Shown here: positions 31,001 to 39,365 of the stretch, in pieces
Layout of the letters: each line of letters begins with the position of its first letter
Numbering within the stretch: position 1 is the stretch's first letter
Assembly: GCA_023379935.1 (NCBI GenBank)
Contig: JAMCPD010000018.1
Span: 4,567 to 68,566, forward strand
Reading direction: 5' to 3'
Source of the DNA: Actinomycetota bacterium
Lineage (GTDB): Bacteria; Actinomycetota; Acidimicrobiia; Acidimicrobiales; JAMCPD01
DNA: 64,000 nucleotides
Made by a program: the position numbers and the translations under genes
The notes under the pieces: model-generated
What the model was told of the DNA's origin: nothing
The model's input: only the letters and a program-made list of their open reading frames with translations
The model's database searches: none

Positions 31001-31864
31001 TGTCAATACCACTCCCTGCTGATTGTTGGGAGATCCGTTAGTTCCCGATAGCCAACAGGTAGTCGATGTTGGGCAGGAAACAGACTGGGGAGAAAATGAA
31101 GAGATGGGAACGGTCTCAGGCGACCAACTGGCTCCTCCGTTTGTTGTAGACAGTATAAGCGGTGTCCCTTGCCCGTTATTTTCGGTGCCGGCGGCAAAGC
31201 AGTAATCGGGAGTCGGACAGTCTATCGTTTTCAGGGAGATCGGCCAAGAAGAGAAAACGGCCGAAGGAATGGTTTGAGGCGACCAACTGGCTCCTCCGTT
31301 TGTTGTAAAGAGTGCGACGGTAGTCGTACCGTTATTATCCGTACTATAGCCGACAGCCCAACAGTTGAACCCGTTAGCACACCAAACAGCGGAAAGTACG
31401 CTCGGTGCATTGGCGGTAGGTATGGTATCACTGCTCCATGTAGAGCCTGAATTCGAACTTTGTAAAATTACGGGAGCATTGTTAGATGTATCGTAGTTAC
31501 CTACCGCAAAACACGATAGAAATGTTGGACAAGAGATTGAATTCAGTCCAATCCCGGAATTTACGTATTGGATATTCCAACCATATCCGGGTGTAGATAA
31601 GGTTGTGCCAGAATTGACTGCATGGGGGGCAACTGCAGATGGTTTATAGGGCGCGGTGGCAGTATTGGAAGTGACAGTATTGGAAGTGACAGTATTGGAA
31701 GTGACAGTATTGGAAACTGTCGTAGATTGTAAATAGTAAGAGCCGGATAAAAACAGTAATATAAATATGGATCGCAATACCAAGGTTGATATCGATCGGA
31801 AACACCGCAAGTGTAGTTTTTCGGTTATGGCATCACTTTTGGATATACTGCGGTCTTTGGACAC
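28046..31864 (-). CDS. Secreted/anchored surface protein: six-bladed Asp-box (BNR) propeller plus six tandem copies of an uncharacterised ~125-aa domain
   Basis: N-terminal hydrophobic segment. Six SxxxGxxW boxes (SNSGSTW, TNGGASW x2, SNSGATW, NDSGALW, TDSGKSW), each blade with a CPxxxxC pair. Six units carry RICDTR...NITVT...SNLNW...DVIVDVEGW. Confidence 0.85.
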   Translation of the reverse strand: MSKDRSISKSDAITEKLHLRCFRSISTLVLRSIFILLFLSGSYYLQSTTVSNTVTSNTVTSNTVTSNTATAPYKPSAVAPHAVNSGTTLSTPGYGWNIQYVNSGIGLNSISCPTFLSCFAVGNYDTSNNAPVILQSSNSGSTWSSDTIPTANAPSVLSAVWCANGFNCWAVGYSTDNNGTTTVALFTTNGGASWSPQTIPSAVFSSWPISLKTIDCPTPDYCFAAGTENNGQGTPLILSTTNGGASWSPETVPISSFSPQSVSCPTSTTCWLSGTNGSPNNQQGVVLTTSNSGATWTVQTIPSAVGDIATVYCPTTGVCLAGGYLLNSTSIGGAVMLTTNDSGALWTETPLPSSVDAVYSISCPNSVDCWAMASSGVAGSLPISLATTDSGKSWSEIPLAQGVTSVSLYSSTSLSCPSTAFCWTVGTGNPSTSNSVQDSSSGVILSSNMSLELAQPALGPYTPLGSPTRICDTRPSNPSALTGAAVDCTGKTLSAGSVLNVQVSGVSGIPTSSISAVVANITVTNTTQSSYLSIWPEGTAQPTASNLNWVSGETKSVLVEVPLGPSGAISIYNYAGSVDVIVDVEGWVGPGSSPSGMYNPLGSPTRICDTRPSNPSALTGAAAACTGKTLSAGSVLNVQVSGVSGIPTGSIGAVVANITVTNTTQSSYLTVWPEGTAQPTASNLNWASGSTVSNLVVVPLSSSGSISIYNYSGSVDVIVDVEGWYTSSSSTSPSGTVFTSTSPTRICDTRPSNPSALTGAAAACTGKTLSAGSVLNVQVSGVSGIPTGSIGAVVVNITVTNTTQSSYLTVWPEGTAQPTASNLNWASGSTVSNLVVVPLSSSGAISIYNKSGSADVIVDVEGWYTTYLSNAYHRLAVPTRICDTRAGSGEPCAGDTLGKGPNPETLSVQVSGVSGIPTGSISAVVANITVTDTTQSSYLTAWPEGTAQPTASNLNWVSGKTKSVLVEIGLSSSGAISIYNYAGSVDVIVDVEGWVGPGSSPSGMYNPLGSPTRICDTRPSNPSALTGAAAACTGKTLSAGSVLNVQVSGVSGIPTGSIGAVVANITVTNTTQSSYLTVWPEGTAQPTASNLNWASGSTVSNLVVVPLSSSGSISIYNYSGSVDVIVDVEGWYTSSSSTSPSGTVFTSTSPTRICDTRPSNPSALTGAAAACTGKTLSTGSVLNVQVSGVSGIPTGSIGAVVANITVTDTTQSSYLTVWPEGTAQPTASNLNWASGSTVSNLVVVPLSSSGAISIYNKSGSADVIVDVEGWYG
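28049..30490 (-). repeat. Tandem super-repeat of 1,221 bp (3 domain units) x2, near-identical over most of its length
   Basis: ORF-track pairs are offset by exactly 1,221 nt: 28410..28886 vs 29631..30107 (152/158 aa identical) and 28693.. vs 29914.. Protein units 2 and 5 are identical. Confidence 0.9.
31661..31720 (-). repeat. 15-bp in-frame tandem repeat x4 (SNTVT)
   Basis: agtattggaagtgac x3, plus one imperfect copy. Confidence 0.9.
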
Positions 31865-31865
31865 A

Positions 31866-33134
31866 CTACAACCTTAGCAGCTTCCAAAACACTGACGGTG
31901 AATTTATAGGCTTTGCGGCAAGTAAGGGAACCGCATGAGTATGTGACCCTACCGTCAACTTCACCAAGCCGACATCTTCTCCTGCCGTAATTGGAAGTTT
32001 CATATTATGCACCATTATAAGCACAGCATGTAATCTAAGACCGCCCCAACCAAAAAAGCTTGCCGGTGATGCGGCTACCAGGGGAACTACACCACCCCAG
32101 CTGGTATTTATCATGCCTAAAGTCTCCCCCTTGTATATGATGTGGAACTGATTTAAATATGTGGTAACGGAGTTTATTAATGTCACAGCTTCGTTCAGCG
32201 AGGTGGTTAAAGGGCTAACCCCACCCATACCCATCACAACTCCTTCAATCAAAAGAGTGGATCCGGCAATATTGTGCTGCGCTACAAAGGCAAAACAACC
32301 ACCCGCATGTCCCGTAAATCCTGTTTTTGCTCCCACTATTCCGTCTGTTCCCAAGTCGGCATTTACATTGTAAACAAGGCCAGCTACGGGTAAAACTATT
32401 TGAGGTATTGCGACTATATGAGCAAATGTGGGTATTGCCATATCGACCTCTAACAGCTTCAGTTGATCGCTTGGTGTGCTTATAGTGGCCGCGGATGCCC
32501 CTGCGGCGTCGGCATAGGTGGTGTGTGTCATTCCAAGCTGTTTTGCCGTAGAGTTCATTTTGGCTACAAAAGCGGCTTGAGATCCCCCATCCCAGGCTGC
32601 CAACAAGCTTGCTATGTTATTGCCGGATGGTATAAGCATGGCTTCTAATGCCTGTCTTTCGGTTAGTTGCTCCCCCGCGGTAACTGGTACAACGGACTGC
32701 GTGAGAGCTAAATCCGCATTATACGTAGCCACGTCCGCCGGAGTTATTGTGATAGACGGACCAGAAGCTCCCGTCGTCAAAGGATGATCCCTCAGTACGA
32801 CCAAGGCGGTCATCATTTTGGTCATACTCGCGATCTGTGACTGTGTTTGATTGGGCGTTTTTGCTACTATCCCAACTCCTCCTACACCTACAATAAATTC
32901 ACCGCTCGTCGGGGTGGGCACCGTTATTGTAGGACCGGGAAGTTTTAACCTTTGTGCGGCAGGTGTTAAGCTGCCTAAAGCCGGCGGGTAACTTCTTGTC
33001 AATTGAAAGGCACCGATCACAATAACTGCAATGATGACGGCTAATAGAATATATCTACCCTTTAATTTAAAGGGTGAAAACTCTCTGTACTGGGTGTTGT
33101 GTTTGGAACTGGAATGTTTGGGGATATAAGACAT
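31866..33134 (-). CDS. D-alanyl-D-alanine carboxypeptidase (serine-type, S11-like)
   Basis: SMTK (SxxK), SGN and KTG motifs, with an N-terminal TM anchor. Its stop lies 1 nt upstream of the start of the next gene. Confidence 0.85.
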   Translation of the reverse strand: MSYIPKHSSSKHNTQYREFSPFKLKGRYILLAVIIAVIVIGAFQLTRSYPPALGSLTPAAQRLKLPGPTITVPTPTSGEFIVGVGGVGIVAKTPNQTQSQIASMTKMMTALVVLRDHPLTTGASGPSITITPADVATYNADLALTQSVVPVTAGEQLTERQALEAMLIPSGNNIASLLAAWDGGSQAAFVAKMNSTAKQLGMTHTTYADAAGASAATISTPSDQLKLLEVDMAIPTFAHIVAIPQIVLPVAGLVYNVNADLGTDGIVGAKTGFTGHAGGCFAFVAQHNIAGSTLLIEGVVMGMGGVSPLTTSLNEAVTLINSVTTYLNQFHIIYKGETLGMINTSWGGVVPLVAASPASFFGWGGLRLHAVLIMVHNMKLPITAGEDVGLVKLTVGSHTHAVPLLAAKPINSPSVFWKLLRL

Positions 33135-33265
33135 TACAATTTATGAGAATAGATGATTTAATGACAATGGTGGTGGCACATATAAGAAATTCTTGCTAAA
33201 CTACTTTCTGGTAGTTTTCTGTTTCTGATATGGATTGTCAGTTACATAGTTAGAATACGAAATTT

Positions 33266-33844
33266 GTGAGGTATTATATGGGCAACAAACCCAACGGTAT
33301 TTTTGCTGACGGCACTGTGCTTGGCGATAACGCAAACAACATTGGTGCTGTAGACAGTTTTAGCGGACCACAAGTTTGCAAGATAGTCAATATCAGCTAT
33401 CGCCAACTTGATTATTGGGCGACAACGGGACTGCTCACCCCATCTATAAAGGATGCTAACGGCAGTGGATCAAGACGCCTCTACTCCTACGAAGATTTGC
33501 TGGAACTAAAGGTAATAAAGCGGCTTTTGGACGCAGGAATATCCCTTGGATCTTGCAGAAAGGCCATACGCTGCCTAAGAGACAACCTTGGTAATAGTTT
33601 ACGCTCGGCAAGCTTGGTCTTAACCGGCACGAACTCTGTTATGGCAAAAAATGGTAATGAGATTACAGATTTACTAAAAGGTGGACAAGGTGTTTTCAAT
33701 ATAGTTCCGTTAGCCGGTGTGGTGCAAGAGTTGGAAGCAGCCGTTTATGATTTGGCAAAGGCCAGACAGCAGATTGAGAAATCAGCAGATGAAGATCGAC
33801 CAAACTTGGCAGTTCAACCGCCGAATAAAACAGCCGCTCTATAA
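33266..33844 (+). CDS. MerR-family transcriptional regulator
   Basis: VCKIVNISYRQLDYWATTGLLTP...RRLYSYEDLLELKVIKRLLDAG. The probable start is ATG 33278. Confidence 0.75.
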   Translation: MRYYMGNKPNGIFADGTVLGDNANNIGAVDSFSGPQVCKIVNISYRQLDYWATTGLLTPSIKDANGSGSRRLYSYEDLLELKVIKRLLDAGISLGSCRKAIRCLRDNLGNSLRSASLVLTGTNSVMAKNGNEITDLLKGGQGVFNIVPLAGVVQELEAAVYDLAKARQQIEKSADEDRPNLAVQPPNKTAAL

Positions 33845-33946
33845 TCTATACCTTTAGCAAAGATATAAGTTGAGACCTTAGGTATATTCTGTGTAAGCTT
33901 AGACCGTATGATTTCCTTCCCTCTTCACACTTTCGGCCGCCCATAG

Positions 33947-35041
33947 ATGCAAAGGTCTCCGATTGATAGGCTCCATCGTCAGCTTTCAGCAAGAATGGTT
34001 GACTTCGGCGGTTGGGAAATGCCTCTTTCGTATCCAAACGGTGTAGTTGAAGAACATAGACGTTGTAGATCTGCTGCTGCTGTTTTTGATGTGAGTCATC
34101 TTGGTTGTATCCAGCTAAATGACAAAGACTCTTTTGCGAGCTTACAAAAGCTCCTTTCAAATGATTTATCACGTATATCGCCCGGCAAAGCTCAATATAC
34201 GCATCTATTGAATGAAAATGGGGGCGTTATAGACGACTTGATTGTGTGGTGGATAGATGAGAACCGCTTCCACATCATACCAAATGCCGCTAATACGGGG
34301 CTGGTAGCCGATATTTTACAGACCAGAGCCGTTACCCACGAGAATATTACCGCAGAACGCGCACTTTTTGCCATCCAAGGGCCTAACTCACGTACGATGT
34401 TGTCCAAAATTTCAACCAGAGCTGCGGCTGTGTCCAGCTATGAGGTGTTAGACTTTTTGTGGGAAGAACAGACCTGTTTTGCCGCCGGCACAGGTTATAC
34501 AGGCGAAGACGGCGTAGAATGCTACCTGCCGGCCCAAGTTGCCGGAACATTCTGGAGTGCACTGTTAGAAGTTGGCATATTCCCGGCCGGATTGGCAGCC
34601 AGAGATACATTGCGTCTTGAAGCGGGATTGCCGTTATACGGACATGAACTTACCTCTGATATAACACCGCTGGAAGCCGGTTTAGACTGGGTAATAGGAT
34701 GGTCAAAACCGGACTTTGTCGGAAAAAAGGCATTGCAACAACAAAAAGATACCGGTATAGCCAGAATGCTGAAGGGTGTTCTGTTAAAAGATCGTCGCCC
34801 TTTGCATGATGGAGAACGAATTTTCCATAATGGCACTGTAGTGGGTACTATAACTAGTGGAAATTTTTCACCTATACTACAACGAGGAGTTGGGCTTTGC
34901 ATGATAAGCATCGGAATAAAAGACAATGATCGGGTCCTAATAGATGTACGCGGTAACCTTCTGGAGGCTCAAGTGGTCAAACCCCCCTTTGTAACCTTAA
35001 AAGCCGACAAAGCCAAGTCGTCAGGCTTTCCAACAGTTTAA
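33947..35041 (+). CDS. gcvT: Glycine cleavage system aminomethyltransferase (T protein)
   Basis: FGGWEMPLSY, FDVSHLG and GYTGEDG. Confidence 0.9.
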   Translation: MQRSPIDRLHRQLSARMVDFGGWEMPLSYPNGVVEEHRRCRSAAAVFDVSHLGCIQLNDKDSFASLQKLLSNDLSRISPGKAQYTHLLNENGGVIDDLIVWWIDENRFHIIPNAANTGLVADILQTRAVTHENITAERALFAIQGPNSRTMLSKISTRAAAVSSYEVLDFLWEEQTCFAAGTGYTGEDGVECYLPAQVAGTFWSALLEVGIFPAGLAARDTLRLEAGLPLYGHELTSDITPLEAGLDWVIGWSKPDFVGKKALQQQKDTGIARMLKGVLLKDRRPLHDGERIFHNGTVVGTITSGNFSPILQRGVGLCMISIGIKDNDRVLIDVRGNLLEAQVVKPPFVTLKADKAKSSGFPTV

Positions 35042-35048
35042 CCGTATC

Positions 35049-36395
35049 ATGCATAATGCGCCTTATGTCCCCCATACTGAACAGGATATCCAACAGATGT
35101 TGGATTTTTTGGGTTGTGAAAGCTTAGATCAGCTGTTTGATACAGTTGCTGAACCGCTGCGTTTTAACGGTAGCCTGAAGCTGGATAAAGCCTATTCAGA
35201 ACCTGATCTACTGACCAAAATGACCGAAATATCCAATGAAAATCATACGGTCGACGAACTGGTCTGTTTTGCTGGCGGTGGGGCATATGATCATGACATA
35301 CCCGCTGTAACTAAGGCTCTCGCTTCACGCTCGGAGTTTGTTACGGCATACACTCCATATCAACCGGAAGTATCACAGGGAATACTGCAAGCCTTGTTTG
35401 AATTTCAGACTTTTATCTCCCGCATCACAGGTTTAGATGTTGCCAACTCTTCACTATATGACGGGGCAACTGCTTTGACGGAAGCTGTTAATATGGCCGC
35501 ATCCTTCACAAAACGTTCGGTGCTATTTATTTCCGACGGCATCAATCCGGCCTGGCGTGAAGTTCTGACAACCTTTACACGAGGTACGTCTTTGACGATT
35601 GTAAATTTCCCCCTAAAAGACGGTATAACCGACTGGGAGGCTTCGCCGCCTGGTTACTCAGAGAGCGAACAGCCCCCGGCCGGATTAGTGGTTGGATATC
35701 CCAACTATCTGGGGTGCTTGGAGGAGTTGTCGGTTGCCAGAAAAATTGCCACTTCACTTGGTGCCGCCCTGATTGTCGCATTTGATCCAATAGCAATGGG
35801 AATACTTAAAACACCGGGTGAATGGGGTGGAGATATTGCTGTAGCGGAAGGGCAATCCTTGGGTATTCCGCTTAGTTTCGGCGGTCCTTACTTGGGTCTG
35901 ATTGCCTGCAAAGCTCAGTATATGCGATACCTGCCTGGTCGTATCGTCGGCCAAAGTAAGGATGTTTATGGCAAAAAAGCATATGTAACCACTCTTAGAG
36001 CCAGGGAACAAGATATTCGCAGAGAAAAGGCCTCTTCTAACATATGCACCAATCAAACTCTTATGGCTATTACTGCTGCAATCCAACTCTCCTGGTTGGG
36101 TACGGTTGGTTTCAAAGAACTGGCACTGCGTTGTGCGGCGGCGGCAAAATACACCAAACAACTTTTACTCAATATTCACGGGGTGGAACCAATGGTTTCA
36201 TCTCCGACCTTTAGAGAGTTTGCCCTAAAGGTTCCGTTAGATCCAGAACTGCTCTTAGAACGTTTAATAGGGGAAGGCTTTTTGGGGGGTATTCCTTTGG
36301 GCAAAGAGGGCATATTGATAGCTTTGACAGAAAAACGTACACGTGGCGAAATAGATGCCTTCGCTCAAGCGTTTGAAAAGGCACTTAAGCGATGA
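35049..36395 (+). CDS. gcvPA: Glycine dehydrogenase (decarboxylating) subunit 1
   Basis: YVPHTEQDIQQMLDFLG, TAYTPYQPEVSQG and SNICTNQ. Confidence 0.9.
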   Translation: MHNAPYVPHTEQDIQQMLDFLGCESLDQLFDTVAEPLRFNGSLKLDKAYSEPDLLTKMTEISNENHTVDELVCFAGGGAYDHDIPAVTKALASRSEFVTAYTPYQPEVSQGILQALFEFQTFISRITGLDVANSSLYDGATALTEAVNMAASFTKRSVLFISDGINPAWREVLTTFTRGTSLTIVNFPLKDGITDWEASPPGYSESEQPPAGLVVGYPNYLGCLEELSVARKIATSLGAALIVAFDPIAMGILKTPGEWGGDIAVAEGQSLGIPLSFGGPYLGLIACKAQYMRYLPGRIVGQSKDVYGKKAYVTTLRAREQDIRREKASSNICTNQTLMAITAAIQLSWLGTVGFKELALRCAAAAKYTKQLLLNIHGVEPMVSSPTFREFALKVPLDPELLLERLIGEGFLGGIPLGKEGILIALTEKRTRGEIDAFAQAFEKALKR

Positions 36396-37990
36396 AACAA
36401 CGAGAAGTTATCACACCCGCCGAAGATGATATCCCAAAAAGCTCCGGTGGTAACGGATCTAGCGCACCACTGCTTGGGTCTTTGGCGGAACCAACTATTT
36501 TTGAGCTATCTAAGCCTGGAAGAAGAGCCTTTTCCTTTCGCAGTACCAACATACCGGAATACAGCTTGGATGAGTTGGTTCCACCCCAACACTTGCCAGA
36601 AAAACAGTTGCGTCTTGTAGAGGTATCAGAGCGCGATATAGTTGCTCACTTTACCAGACTTAGTATGCGCCAATATGGGGTGGATGTCGGGGTATATCCG
36701 CTTGGATCGTGCACCATGAAGTACAATCCTAAAGTATGTGACACCGTGGCATCTTTGAGCGGATTAACCAACATGCATCCCGCTTCGGATCCTAAGCTAT
36801 CCCAAGGTTGGCTAAAAATCTTGCTTTGTCTGGAAGAAGCAATCTGTGAAATTACCGGAATGGATAGCGCTACACTGCAACCGTCTGCCGGTGCTTCAGC
36901 CGAGTTAACCGGGTTACTGATAATGAAGGCTTGGCATTCTTCTAAAACAACCGGCTTTTTTGAAAAGGGGAGGGGATACGAGACTCGCCATAAAGTTCTT
37001 ATACCCGATTCATCTCACGGCACCAATCCCGCATCTGTAGCCTTAAGTGGTTATGATATCGTCACGGTTCCATCCAATTCAAAGGGTTTAATTGATATAG
37101 AGGCACTTAAAAGTCTTCTTGGGGATGACATAGCGGGTATTATGTTAACCAACCCCAATACATTGGGACTGTTTGAAGAAGAGATAGCACAGATTGCAGA
37201 AATGGTGCACGAAGTAGGTGGGTTGTTGTACTATGACGGAGCAAACTTGAATGCGATTTTAGGTGTTACACGCCCGGGTGATATGGGTTTTGACATAGTG
37301 CACACAAACCTGCACAAGACTTTTGCTACTCCCCATGGAGGGGGCGGTCCGGGTGCTGCACCTTTGGCCGTTACGAGTCGTCTTGCCCCCTTTTTGCCGG
37401 GACCGCGTCCTTACCGCTTAGATAACGGTTCTTACGGCTGGACTACCCCCGCACAATCAATCGGTCGTGTGCATTCATGGCATGGAAATGCACTGGTGGT
37501 AGCTCGCGCTTGGGCGTATATCCTTCTAAACGGTCCAAAAGGCTTGAAGCAAGTATCTCAAGCGGCCGTATTGAATGCCAACTGGTTAAAGAAGAGCCTC
37601 CAAGATACTTACGATGTCCCTTACGATAACTTTTGCATGCACGAATTCGTACTTTCCTGTGAAACTTTAAAAAAGGCTAAAGGGCTTAGCGCCCTTGATG
37701 TCGCAAAATGTCTTTTACAAAAAGGGTTTCATCCCCCCACAATCTACTTCCCGCTGATAGTGCATGAGGCTTTGATGATAGAACCAACGGAAACAGAAAG
37801 CTTAGAAACCCTGAAGGAACTGTCCCAAGCCTTGAAAGATATTGCCCGGGCAACACCGGAGGAGTTCGGTAGCGCTCCTTCAACTACCGTAGTCCAAAGG
37901 GTTGACGAGGTTCAAGCGGCAAGATCTCCCCTTTTGACCTGGGACGCTGTTTCAAATGCCGCTATAGGTCAAGACACCCGAAACGCTTAA
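36392..37990 (+). CDS. gcvPB: Glycine dehydrogenase (decarboxylating) subunit 2
   Basis: GSCTMKYNPK, and HTNLHKTFATPHGGGGPG (PLP lysine). ATGA overlap with gcvPA. Confidence 0.9.
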   Translation: MKQREVITPAEDDIPKSSGGNGSSAPLLGSLAEPTIFELSKPGRRAFSFRSTNIPEYSLDELVPPQHLPEKQLRLVEVSERDIVAHFTRLSMRQYGVDVGVYPLGSCTMKYNPKVCDTVASLSGLTNMHPASDPKLSQGWLKILLCLEEAICEITGMDSATLQPSAGASAELTGLLIMKAWHSSKTTGFFEKGRGYETRHKVLIPDSSHGTNPASVALSGYDIVTVPSNSKGLIDIEALKSLLGDDIAGIMLTNPNTLGLFEEEIAQIAEMVHEVGGLLYYDGANLNAILGVTRPGDMGFDIVHTNLHKTFATPHGGGGPGAAPLAVTSRLAPFLPGPRPYRLDNGSYGWTTPAQSIGRVHSWHGNALVVARAWAYILLNGPKGLKQVSQAAVLNANWLKKSLQDTYDVPYDNFCMHEFVLSCETLKKAKGLSALDVAKCLLQKGFHPPTIYFPLIVHEALMIEPTETESLETLKELSQALKDIARATPEEFGSAPSTTVVQRVDEVQAARSPLLTWDAVSNAAIGQDTRNA

Positions 37991-37991
37991 A

Positions 37992-39365
37992 GTGCAAAAG
38001 TCACTCAATGCGCTTGGTCCAATGGGGAAAAGTGGTCGACTGCTTCTTGGGGCACGCCTTTTGGTGAGTACTGTCAGAAGCTTAGCCGGAATAGTTGTTC
38101 CAATCTATCTTGCCTTATCGGGATTTTCCGCTCTGGAGCTGGGGGTACTGTTTGTAGTGGTTGGATTGACCTCTGCTCTCTTTTCTATAACGGTCGCTGC
38201 ATTTGTCAATAAACTTGGATGTAAGTTCTTTCTGATACTTTTCCCAATTTTGCTGGCGTTAGCTGCCGGCGGTTTCGCTGTGACTACTTTACCTCCTCTG
38301 TTATTTATTTTTGCCGCCATCGGTACGTTTGGTAGGGGAGCGGGAGCAGGAGCGGGAGCAGTCGGCCCTTATCAACCGGCTGAACAGACATATATAACCC
38401 AACTGGTAGCTCCGACACTTCGTAATCAAGTGTTCGGGCTTTTTGGGTCGGCAAGCGCACTCGGAGGAGTGCTAGGTGGGCTGCTGGCACTATTCTTCCG
38501 TGCCACCCCTCATACGGCTGTATTGAGCTTCTTTAGACCGGGCTTTATTGTAATTGCAACCGTTTCCTTCACAGCGGGATTATTGGCTGTATTTATTGTC
38601 GGGCACAAAGATGCATCACTTATACAAGATATTGGGGATTCTACCGGTCCAACTTCTACCGGTCCAACTTCTACCGGTCCAGCCAATCTTCCAAGTAAAA
38701 CCAGACCGCCGGTGCGGTACAGCTCGGATGGACTTTTTTCTCTCTCTAAGAGCGCCCGCTCTTTAACCTTAAAGCTGTTTTTCACCAATGCCGTAAATGG
38801 GGTGGCCATCGGAATGTTCGCTCCATTCTTATCCTACTGGCTTTACCTGCGTTTTCATGCAAATCCAGCCGAGATAGGTATACTGTTTGTTTTCATCAAC
38901 TTAATTTCGGTTGTATCGACACTATCGGCTGCTAATATAGCAAACCGGTTCGGATTGTTGCGTGCAATAGTGATGACAAGGATTGTGCAGTCTGTTTTGC
39001 TGATTCCATTTGCTTTTTCCCCAAACCTGTTAATTGCAGGACTTATACTTGGGTGTCGTATGTTGGTTCAAAGAATCGGAATGCCGCTTCGCCAGTCATA
39101 TGTAATGGGAGTCCTCAATCCGGATGAACGTGCACGCGTTAGTGCTCTCTCCAACTTGGGATCTCAGTTGATGATGACCCTAAGCCCGCTGTTATCGGGT
39201 GAAATATTGGCGGAGATGGCTCTGAGCTTACCTTTTGGGATAGCCGGAGTTGTCCAGTTGATCAATGCGGTTATGTTCTACATCTTCTTTCATAAAATCT
39301 TGCCGGAAGATGAACGCCAAGAGGTATCAGAGCAAGAAGAACGGTATACTTTAGACTACCCATGA
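37992..39365 (+). CDS. MFS-type transporter
   Basis: About 12 hydrophobic segments in two halves, separated by a central loop that carries the STGPT repeat. Confidence 0.6.
   Translation: MQKSLNALGPMGKSGRLLLGARLLVSTVRSLAGIVVPIYLALSGFSALELGVLFVVVGLTSALFSITVAAFVNKLGCKFFLILFPILLALAAGGFAVTTLPPLLFIFAAIGTFGRGAGAGAGAVGPYQPAEQTYITQLVAPTLRNQVFGLFGSASALGGVLGGLLALFFRATPHTAVLSFFRPGFIVIATVSFTAGLLAVFIVGHKDASLIQDIGDSTGPTSTGPTSTGPANLPSKTRPPVRYSSDGLFSLSKSARSLTLKLFFTNAVNGVAIGMFAPFLSYWLYLRFHANPAEIGILFVFINLISVVSTLSAANIANRFGLLRAIVMTRIVQSVLLIPFAFSPNLLIAGLILGCRMLVQRIGMPLRQSYVMGVLNPDERARVSALSNLGSQLMMTLSPLLSGEILAEMALSLPFGIAGVVQLINAVMFYIFFHKILPEDERQEVSEQEERYTLDYP
38640..38684 (+). repeat. 15-bp in-frame tandem repeat x3 (STGPT)
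   Basis: tctaccggtccaact x2, plus tctaccggtccagcc. Confidence 0.9.

Noticed and set aside
33845-33946. Expected glycine riboswitch upstream of gcvT
   Set aside because: I could not find the conserved GGAGAG...CACCGAAGGGGCAA-type cores on the plus strand. Only a covariance-model scan could settle this.
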